From: a bacterium
GTDB taxonomy: Bacteria; Patescibacteriota; Microgenomatia; UBA1400; UBA12108
DNA length: 64,000 nt
Direction of reading: 5' to 3'
Assembly (NCBI GenBank): GCA_037133595.1
Contig: JBAXNV010000001.1
Coordinates: 30,479-94,478, forward strand
Part shown: positions 57,077 to 64,000 of the stretch, one piece after another
How positions within the stretch are numbered: the stretch's first letter is position 1
How the letters are laid out: each line of letters starts with the position of its first letter
Notes under the pieces: generated by a model
Database searches by the model: none
Seen by the model: only the letters and a program-made list of their open reading frames with translations
Told to the model about the DNA's origin: nothing
Made by a program: the position numbers and the translations under genes

Positions 57077-58345
57077 ATGAAAAAACAGCTTAAAGATGTC
57101 TTTAGACCTCTCTTTCCCCAGGTCTTGATCAACTACCTGTTTCATCTCCCCAAAGCATTTTTGGCTAGCCGCATTTATGGCAATCCAAGCGCCGATCTAG
57201 AGATAATTGGGGTCACGGGCACAGATGGCAAGACCACCACAACCACGCTCATTTACCATATTCTCAAAATTGCCAAAAAGAAAGTTGCCATGGTCTCCAC
57301 AATCGAAGCCAAAATTGGCAAAAAAAGCCTCAAAACTGGCTTTCACGTGACCTCTCCCGACCCATTTTCACTTCAAAAATTTTTGCGCATGATGCGCTCT
57401 CAAAAGATTCGCTATGTAGTACTTGAGATGACCAGTCACGGTCTGGATCAATTCCGCTTTTACCCCATCAAGCCCTCAATTGCAGTTTTAACCAACATTA
57501 CCCACGAACATCTCGATTACCACAAAACCTTTGACAAGTACAAAGACGCCAAGCTCAAATTATTCCGCCACGCCAAGTATGCCGTCGTCAACAAAGATTT
57601 ATCGACCTTTCAGGATCTCAATCGTCGCCTCAGCAAGGTTCTTTTCTCGACATATTCGATCGATCAAGAGTCTCAGCTGCGTCCTTCGCATGTTGAGTAC
57701 GGCGTAGGCTATACCAAGTTTAATATTGGCAAAATAGAATACATGGTCCCTCTAACCGGTCGCTACAATCTCGAAAATACTTTGGCAGCCATAAGTACAG
57801 CATTGCTATTGGATATTGCTCCTTCAGAAATCAAAAAAGCACTCATGAGCTTCCCGGGTCTTAAAGGTCGCTTCGAAACGGTAGAGAATGACAGGGGTAT
57901 TAATTCCATCGTTGATTTTGCACACACTCCAAATGCTCTTCGCGAGGTATTGCAAAATGTTCGTTCTCAGATGAGCCAGGGACAGCGATTAATTGTAGTT
58001 TTTGGCTCGGCAGGGTTAAGAGATGAGTCCAAAAGACCACTTATGGGTCAGGCTGCTAGTGAGTTTGCCGACGAGATCGTTCTTACCGCCGAGGATCCAC
58101 GCACCGAGGATCCAGGAGCAATCGCAGCCGCCATTCAATCTGGCATTGCCAAGAAAAAGCTTAAATTAGTTCACGTTGAGCTTGATCGCCAAGCTGCAAT
58201 TGATCTAGCAATCAACAAGCTTGCCAAAGCTGGAGATTGGGTCGTATGTGCTGGCAAAGGTCACGAAGAATCTATGTGTTATGGTACAGTAGAGACACCC
58301 TGGTCAGATCGCGTTGCGGTCGAGACTGCACTAACAAACAAGTAA
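57077..58345 (+). CDS. murE: UDP-MurNAc-dipeptide:diamino acid ligase
   Basis: GVTGTDGKTTT, E.TSH, TNIT.EHLDYH, GRFE, DFAHTP, VFG.AG.RD..KR..MG, EDPR.E, GKGHE. Confidence 0.92.
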   Translation: MKKQLKDVFRPLFPQVLINYLFHLPKAFLASRIYGNPSADLEIIGVTGTDGKTTTTTLIYHILKIAKKKVAMVSTIEAKIGKKSLKTGFHVTSPDPFSLQKFLRMMRSQKIRYVVLEMTSHGLDQFRFYPIKPSIAVLTNITHEHLDYHKTFDKYKDAKLKLFRHAKYAVVNKDLSTFQDLNRRLSKVLFSTYSIDQESQLRPSHVEYGVGYTKFNIGKIEYMVPLTGRYNLENTLAAISTALLLDIAPSEIKKALMSFPGLKGRFETVENDRGINSIVDFAHTPNALREVLQNVRSQMSQGQRLIVVFGSAGLRDESKRPLMGQAASEFADEIVLTAEDPRTEDPGAIAAAIQSGIAKKKLKLVHVELDRQAAIDLAINKLAKAGDWVVCAGKGHEESMCYGTVETPWSDRVAVETALTNK

Positions 58346-58352
58346 GGAAGTT

Positions 58353-59102
58353 ATGTCCAATCTTAAGCACACAGCCGCCATTATTTTAGCTGCTGGCAAG
58401 GGCTCCAGGATGCATGCCAAGCTCAAAAACAAGGTAGCTTTTGTTCTCGATGGACAGCCGATGGTTGCCCGTGCCGCGACCAATCTTAGGTTAGCCGGAG
58501 TTGGCCAAATCATTGCCGTTGTTGGCTTTGCCGCCGACTCTGTCAAAAAAGCTCTTGGCGACCAGGTAACTTACGTCACTCAGAGTGAACAACTTGGGAC
58601 CGGCCATGCCATCAAAACTGCGCTCCCCGCCATGGCACCCGAGATGACGACTGTGCTCTCAGTTTATGGCGACGACTCAGCTTTTTACCCCGCAACACTT
58701 TATGAGTCTATGATTCACAAGCTTATTGAGAGCGGCTCGGGACTTTTGTTTTTAACAATCATCAAGGAAGATCCTTTTGGGCTCGGTCGCATCATAAGAG
58801 ACAATGTTGGCAATGTACTTCGAATTGTCGAAGAAAAAAACGCAACCGAAAAAGAGAAGCAAATCCAAGAAATAAACACTGGTTTTTACTGTTTCAAACG
58901 CGATTTTTTAGAGAAATATATTTGCGAAATTACTCAAAATGAGATTTCTGGCGAGTACTACCTGACAGATCTTGTTGAAATTGCGCTAAAACACGGCGAA
59001 AAAGTAGACACTTATCGGGCAGATAGTAATCTTTGGCACGGCGTCAACAACAGGAGTGATTTTGCCAAAGCCAGGGTCAAGATTTCCAAAAATTATGAAT
59101 AA
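58353..59102 (+). CDS. GlmU-like sugar-1-phosphate uridylyltransferase (N-terminal domain only)
   Basis: ILAAGKGSRM, Q.EQLGTGHA, GD, G.GRIIR, IVEEK.A, EINTG.Y, EYYLTD, GVN; no LbH domain. Confidence 0.85.
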   Translation: MSNLKHTAAIILAAGKGSRMHAKLKNKVAFVLDGQPMVARAATNLRLAGVGQIIAVVGFAADSVKKALGDQVTYVTQSEQLGTGHAIKTALPAMAPEMTTVLSVYGDDSAFYPATLYESMIHKLIESGSGLLFLTIIKEDPFGLGRIIRDNVGNVLRIVEEKNATEKEKQIQEINTGFYCFKRDFLEKYICEITQNEISGEYYLTDLVEIALKHGEKVDTYRADSNLWHGVNNRSDFAKARVKISKNYE

Positions 59103-61326
59103 AAAAGCCTATTTTATCGGAATAAAGGGAGTCGGAATGATGGCTCTTGCTCTTGCCATGCAAGATGTTGGCTGGCAGGTTTCAGGGTCAGATACAGCCG
59201 AAAACTTCATTACCGATCACGTGCTTTCCGCCCGCAACCTAGAGGTCCGTCCCCTAGGCTCTGCGATCCCAGAGGGGACGGACCTCATCGTTTACTCAAC
59301 TGCTTACACAAAGCCAATCCATCCCACAGCCAAAATAGTTTCGCTTGCTCAGGCATTAGCTGATTTTGTAAAAGATCGAACAGTTATCGCTGTGGCAGGG
59401 GTAGGGGGCAAGACTACAACTAGCGCCATGCTCGCAACGCTGTTTCGCGCTGCTGGCCGCGATGCTGGGTATTATATAGGCACAAGCGATATCGTAGGGC
59501 TCAATGCTCCAGGAGCCGCTGGCACTGATCCAGTGTATATAATCGAAGCCGATGAGTATGCTATCAGCAAGTCGGATTCACGCCCCAAATTTGCACTACT
59601 AAACCCCAATATTCTCATTACCACCAATATTCAGCACGATCATCCTGACATTTATCCAGACGAAGCCTCAACTCTTGGAACTTTTCGCACTCTTGTTGAG
59701 AGTTTACCACAGGGTTCTACATGGATCGCCTGCGAAGACGATCAACTAACTCATCAATTATTGTGCGACCCTCAAGGTCTGACCCTGAGGGCCAAAACCA
59801 TACGCTACGGAAAGTCGCATCCAATATATCAACAGCTTTCACTCTCTGTCTTTGGCGATCACAACAAGCTGGATGGCACGGCCGCCGTTCTTGCGGCGAT
59901 CGAATCTGGGATCACGATGAAAGAGGCAGTTGTTGCGATCCAAAGTTACAAGGGCGCGACTCGTCGCCAAGAAAAAATGGGTGAGGTTGCAGGGCGTCTT
60001 TTGTACGATGACTACGGGCATCATCCCCACGAAATCGAGTCGACCGTGTCTGCTTTCAAACAAGCTTTCCCACGTAACAAAATAACTCTCGTCTTCGAGT
60101 CTCACACTTATTCGCGCACCGAAAAGTTGCTAGTCGAATTCGCCAAAGCAATTGCGCTTGCCGACAACTGCTACATCATGCCAATTTTTGAAAGTGCTCG
60201 TGAGAAGGGCCAGCCTCACTCTGTTACCCCAGAGAGTTTTGCCAAAGAAGTTGCCAAGTACAATAACAACGTCAAAGCTCTTACTTGGGATAACGCGGCA
60301 GAGACTATCGCCCAAGAGAGCCGTGAAAAAGACCTCATTCTTACAATGGGCGCAGGATTTGTTTATAAGTTGCACACTGAGTTAAGGTCTGTTCTTGAAA
60401 GGAATTCACGAGTGCAACTCGAGAAGGGCTCGCCGGCAGGTGAAAGGACAGATCTCATGGGATTAATCATACAAAAAAACATTCCTTTAGCAAAGTACAC
60501 TTATTTCAAGCTTGGTGGTCCCTCCGATTATTTTGTAGAAGTCAAAACAATTGTCGAGCTAACAACGGCGCTCTCTTATGCCCAAGATCACAAACTCCCA
60601 TATTTTATCCTAGGTAGTGGTAGTAACATCCTCGTTACCGACAAAGGGTTTCGGGGACTTGTCATCAAAAATAAAATTGCAAACATCACTCAGCAAGACA
60701 ATATCTTGACTGCGGATTCTGGCGTTCCAGTTAATCAACTGGTGACATATGCGATTGCTCAAGGTCTTGCTGGTCTTGAAGATTTCTTGGGGCTGCCAGG
60801 CACTGTCGGGGGGGCGATATTTAACAATGCTCATCACATGGGCGATCTCATTGGCAACCACGTGGTTAATGTCAAAGTTCTTGAGGCAGATGGCAAGATT
60901 AGTACTCTCACTCACAAAGAGCTTGATTTTGCCTATGATTATTCGCGTTTGCACAACACCGACGAGATTATTCTCTCAGTGTCATTTCAGCTCACCAAAA
61001 AAGACAAAGAAGAACTTGCCCAAAAAGGTCAATTTGCTGTGGCGCGCCGCGCCAAGACCCAACCACTCGGTTCCTCAAGCTCTGGCTGTATCTTTCAAAA
61101 TCCAAGTAGCACCCAATCCGCTGGTTACCTCATCGATCAGGCAGGTCTCAAGGGCGCGCGCGTTGGTGGCGCGGTAGTAAGTGATGTACACGCCAACTTT
61201 ATCGTCAACGACGGTAGTGCGACCTCCTCGGATGTGCTTGATCTTATCGAGTTAATTAAGGCCAAAGTGTACCAGGTACATGGTGTAAACCTTGTCAGTG
61301 AAGTGTTTGTGATTGGCGAAAAATAG
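59095..61326 (+). CDS. murC: Fused UDP-MurNAc--L-alanine ligase / UDP-N-acetylenolpyruvoylglucosamine reductase (MurC-MurB)
   Basis: MurC: GIKG.GM..LA, GKTTTS, EADE, DHPD, DDYGHHP.E, H.YSR, MGAG; then MurB: GGP, LG.GSN, GLE...G.PGTVGGA..NA, GC.F.NP, HANF.VN. Confidence 0.92.
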   Translation: MNKKAYFIGIKGVGMMALALAMQDVGWQVSGSDTAENFITDHVLSARNLEVRPLGSAIPEGTDLIVYSTAYTKPIHPTAKIVSLAQALADFVKDRTVIAVAGVGGKTTTSAMLATLFRAAGRDAGYYIGTSDIVGLNAPGAAGTDPVYIIEADEYAISKSDSRPKFALLNPNILITTNIQHDHPDIYPDEASTLGTFRTLVESLPQGSTWIACEDDQLTHQLLCDPQGLTLRAKTIRYGKSHPIYQQLSLSVFGDHNKLDGTAAVLAAIESGITMKEAVVAIQSYKGATRRQEKMGEVAGRLLYDDYGHHPHEIESTVSAFKQAFPRNKITLVFESHTYSRTEKLLVEFAKAIALADNCYIMPIFESAREKGQPHSVTPESFAKEVAKYNNNVKALTWDNAAETIAQESREKDLILTMGAGFVYKLHTELRSVLERNSRVQLEKGSPAGERTDLMGLIIQKNIPLAKYTYFKLGGPSDYFVEVKTIVELTTALSYAQDHKLPYFILGSGSNILVTDKGFRGLVIKNKIANITQQDNILTADSGVPVNQLVTYAIAQGLAGLEDFLGLPGTVGGAIFNNAHHMGDLIGNHVVNVKVLEADGKISTLTHKELDFAYDYSRLHNTDEIILSVSFQLTKKDKEELAQKGQFAVARRAKTQPLGSSSSGCIFQNPSSTQSAGYLIDQAGLKGARVGGAVVSDVHANFIVNDGSATSSDVLDLIELIKAKVYQVHGVNLVSEVFVIGEK
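59242..59286. repeat. Perfect 14-bp inverted repeat GAGGTCCGTCCCCT-N17-AGGGGACGGACCTC inside murC
   Basis: Arms at 59242-59255 and 59273-59286 are exact reverse complements. Confidence 0.85.
59769..59791. repeat. 23-bp quasi-palindrome, copy 2 (in frame, PQGLTLR) in murC
   Basis: Identical to 45273-45295. Confidence 0.9.
60385..60455. repeat. Hairpin element spanning the MurC-MurB linker
   Basis: AGGTCTGTTCTT (60385-96) pairs with AAGGACAGATCT (60444-55) with two G.T pairs; inner CGAGT-GCA-ACTCG hairpin. Confidence 0.7.
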
Positions 61327-61349
61327 ATAACTCCTATACAATCTCTCCT

Positions 61350-62678
61350 ATGACAAGTTTCAAAATCAAAGGCGGATCTCCTCTTCGAGGCGCAGTACGT
61401 CTTGGTGGAGCCAAAAATGCCAGCTTCAAGCTTATGATCGCCGCAGCATGTGGCGTGGGCGAGTCACGACTGCTCAACATGAGTAATATTGGCGATGTCG
61501 ATGTTACTTTTCGCACTCTCGAGGCACTTGGTGTCAAATGTACTCGACCTGGCGATAATACAGTTTATGTTGTCGGCAACGGGATCAATTCAGACACAAT
61601 CCCTCAATTTGCAGGTGAGAAAAGTCGCGCCAGTACGCTTTTTGCAGGCCTTCTTCTTAACAAAAAGGGTAGGGCGGTGATTCCTCAACCTGGTGGATGC
61701 GCTCTAGGCGATCGCCCAGTAGAGCGCCATCTCGATGGCTTTCGTGCCATGGGTGCAACCGTAGAATGTACAGATAACGCAATTGTCATGGAGGCTCCAG
61801 ATGGTCTTCATGGTGCAACCTACAAGTTTGACAAAAAAAGCCACACTGGTACTGAGGCTATAATTATTGCGGCAGTTCTTGCTCACGGCAAAACAGTAAT
61901 CGAGAATGCAGGCCTTGAGCCAGAGATTGATGACCTCATCAATTTCTTCAACAAAATGGGTGCAAGTATTAGCCGTATGGGCAATGGAGAGACGATTGTG
62001 ATCGAAGGGGTTGATACGTTATATGGCGCTACACATCGCGTCATGTGTGATCGCAATGAGGCTGTAAGCTATGCCACGATGGCGATAGCTTCCAAAGGCG
62101 ATATTATCGTTGAAGGCGCAGATCCCAAGTATCTTACTGCCTTTCTCAACAAGCTTGATCAGGCGGGTGGACGCTACGAAATCGAAGAATACGGCATCCG
62201 TTTTTGGTATGACTCACCGCTTGTTGCAACAGATCTCACAACCGGACCTGAGCCAGATTTTATGACAGACTGGCAGCCTCTCTGGACTACCATGATGACT
62301 CAGGCTAAAGGAGAAAGTCATGTTATCGAGGCTGTGCACAACAATCGCCTGGCATTTACGAGCCAACTCAACTCGATGGGGGCAAACATCGAAACCTACG
62401 ATCCAATGCCAGAGGATCCAAGTGGTTTCTACGAGTTCGAGTGGCCCGAACGTGTCAAAAACCCTCATGCCGCAAAGATCATTGGTCCAACCCCTCTTGT
62501 CGGCAAGCTGGATCTTACTGTTCCAGATTTACGCGGCGGTGCGACTCTAGTTATGGCAGCTCTAATTGCCGAGGGTACAACAATCATCAAAGATATCGAA
62601 CAGATTGATCGAGGCTACGAGAGTTTCGACGAAAGACTGCGAAATCTCTCTGCAAGTATCGAACGTATTGAGGGCTAA
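61350..62678 (+). CDS. murA: UDP-N-acetylglucosamine 1-carboxyvinyltransferase
   Basis: GAKNA, RAS, PGGC.LG.RP, EPEI.DL, DRNEA, TD.Q, DLRGGA, IDRGYE. Confidence 0.95.
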   Translation: MTSFKIKGGSPLRGAVRLGGAKNASFKLMIAAACGVGESRLLNMSNIGDVDVTFRTLEALGVKCTRPGDNTVYVVGNGINSDTIPQFAGEKSRASTLFAGLLLNKKGRAVIPQPGGCALGDRPVERHLDGFRAMGATVECTDNAIVMEAPDGLHGATYKFDKKSHTGTEAIIIAAVLAHGKTVIENAGLEPEIDDLINFFNKMGASISRMGNGETIVIEGVDTLYGATHRVMCDRNEAVSYATMAIASKGDIIVEGADPKYLTAFLNKLDQAGGRYEIEEYGIRFWYDSPLVATDLTTGPEPDFMTDWQPLWTTMMTQAKGESHVIEAVHNNRLAFTSQLNSMGANIETYDPMPEDPSGFYEFEWPERVKNPHAAKIIGPTPLVGKLDLTVPDLRGGATLVMAALIAEGTTIIKDIEQIDRGYESFDERLRNLSASIERIEG

Positions 62679-62680
62679 TT

Positions 62681-63820
62681 ATGTCTTCTCAAATTATCAA
62701 ATGTCCAGAGTGCGGCCACCAATTTGCGCTCGATGACGTGCTAGCTCACCAGCTCGAGGAAGCAGCTCTCAAGGCAGTTGAGCTCAAGCACCAACAGGCT
62801 CTTGCACAAGCTATCGAAAAAGCCAAGTCTCAAGTTAGCTCGGATCTTGAGCTCAAGCTCAAATCACTTTCTGATCAGGCAGCTGAGGAGAAGGAGCGCA
62901 ACAAAAAACTCATGGTAGAGCTACTGGAGCAAGGCAAAATGTTGCGCCAGGCCCAAGTCGACAAAGAAGCATCGGCACTTGAGCTTCAAAAGAAACTCGC
63001 TGAGTCCGAGGCCAAACTCAAGATTGAGATCAAAACCAAAGCTGATGAGGAGCACGCCCTCAAAGGGATGGAAAAAGACAAGATAATCGCCGATCTACAA
63101 AAGTCGCTCTCTGATGCTCAGCGAAAGGCCGAGCAGGGGAGCCAGCAGACGCAAGGCGAGGTGCTTGAGCTCGAGATCGAAGCAATACTAAAAAAAGAGT
63201 TCCCACTAGATCAAATAAACGAAGTTAAAAAAGGGGTAAATGGCGCCGACATTACCCAGCTAGTTTTTGACAAATCGGGGAGAGAATGTGGCACTATCCT
63301 GTGGGAAACCAAGAACGGCAAATGGAGTGGTGGGTGGATTCCCAAGCTCAAAGAAGACGCAAGACTGGCCCATGCTCATATTTCAATTCTCGTTGCAGTA
63401 AATCCCCCCGAAGACATCAAAACCTATGCTTATCGCGAAGGTGTTTGGGTAACCACTCGCGCCATGGTCGCGGCTCTAGCAAGTGTATTGCGTTTTAATC
63501 TCTACAACCTCATGCTTGAACAATCCAAAAATCAGAACAAGACGGAGAAGCAGGAGATATTGTGGGCATACATCACCAGCCACGATTTTCAGGCACGCAT
63601 CGAAGCCATGATGGAAAATTACAATGCCATGCAAACAGAGATCGAGCGCGAAAAGCGCTGGTTTTTGACCAAATGGGCAAGGCAGGACAAACAGCTTCGC
63701 ACGCTAATAGATCATACCAATGGTGTTTATGGCGATTTGCAAGGTGTCGTTGGCAAGAGTCTTCCAGACATCGCTATTCAAGAAATTGGTCTTATACCCA
63801 ATACCACATTATTGGAATAA
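62681..63820 (+). CDS. DUF2130 coiled-coil protein
   Basis: KCP.CG..F, long coiled coil, QGSQQ.QGE..E, F.D.I.EV.KG..GAD, CG.I.WE.K. Confidence 0.85.
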   Translation: MSSQIIKCPECGHQFALDDVLAHQLEEAALKAVELKHQQALAQAIEKAKSQVSSDLELKLKSLSDQAAEEKERNKKLMVELLEQGKMLRQAQVDKEASALELQKKLAESEAKLKIEIKTKADEEHALKGMEKDKIIADLQKSLSDAQRKAEQGSQQTQGEVLELEIEAILKKEFPLDQINEVKKGVNGADITQLVFDKSGRECGTILWETKNGKWSGGWIPKLKEDARLAHAHISILVAVNPPEDIKTYAYREGVWVTTRAMVAALASVLRFNLYNLMLEQSKNQNKTEKQEILWAYITSHDFQARIEAMMENYNAMQTEIEREKRWFLTKWARQDKQLRTLIDHTNGVYGDLQGVVGKSLPDIAIQEIGLIPNTTLLE

Positions 63821-63824
63821 AATT

Positions 63825-64000
63825 ATGAATGACATACCTAATCCTGTGTTAGAGGCAGTTAGAGATAGGATGATGAGTGGAGAAGATCCTGAGACAATTG
63901 TTAATGACATGTTTGATTTGCAAATTATTAAGATGCCAGCAGAAAGAGTAAGTAGGGCAGAGCAATTTCTTAATATAGATCATGCACGGCTTGAGGACGA
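63825..64000 (+). CDS. Hypothetical protein, truncated by the window end
   Basis: ATG 4 nt after the upstream stop; frame is open to the end of the window. Confidence 0.45.
   Translation, partial: MNDIPNPVLEAVRDRMMSGEDPETIVNDMFDLQIIKMPAERVSRAEQFLNIDHARLED

Noticed and set aside
59095-61326. Stop-codon reassignment (code 25) as the cause of the murC-murB fusion
   Set aside because: The linker has no in-frame TGA, and TGA terminates other genes (ATGA overlaps).
1-64000. tRNA, rRNA, riboswitch or T-box, integrase or prophage genes
   Set aside because: Intergenic gaps are very short and none was recognised by eye; glyQS has no room for a T-box leader. tRNAscan-SE and Infernal would confirm.

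Overview
64 kb of a compact bacterial chromosome using genetic code 11 (TGA is used as stop). The gene content is most consistent with a Patescibacteria/CPR, Microgenomates-like genome, which is an inference. About 1-49.4 kb is a very large surface-glycosylation region: many GT2 and GT4 enzymes, about 9-10 GT-C membrane glycosyltransferases, a Wzx-like flippase, Wzm/Wzt, a WaaL-like ligase, ManC, a phosphoglycosyl transferase and DUF4012. It contains an AT-rich insert with a FnlA/RmlD-like/WecB-type amino-sugar pathway and is interrupted by small modules (TrpR-like regulator, HigBA-like TA, AbiEii TA, Fic, ung, PRTase). It is followed by recO, a second Fic gene, glyQS and a reduced dcw cluster (mraZ-rsmH-ftsL-ftsI-murE-glmU-like-murC/murB fusion-murA). 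No rRNA, tRNA, CRISPR array or transposase was recognised. The most unusual signals are DNA-level patterns. (1) A family of palindromic elements with core RAGGTCYGWCCY is embedded in frame in protein genes: an identical 23-mer in two unrelated genes and three elements in murC-murB, one of which spans the fusion linker. (2) A 63-bp branched repeat lies in frame in a GT-C gene. (3) Helically phased triple TAGTCGATT repeats cover the promoters of both Fic-HTH paralogues. (4) A TrpR-like gene is bracketed by an exact 16-bp inverted repeat. (5) Leaderless-type promoter architecture is widespread. All calls were made by eye; no searches were run.
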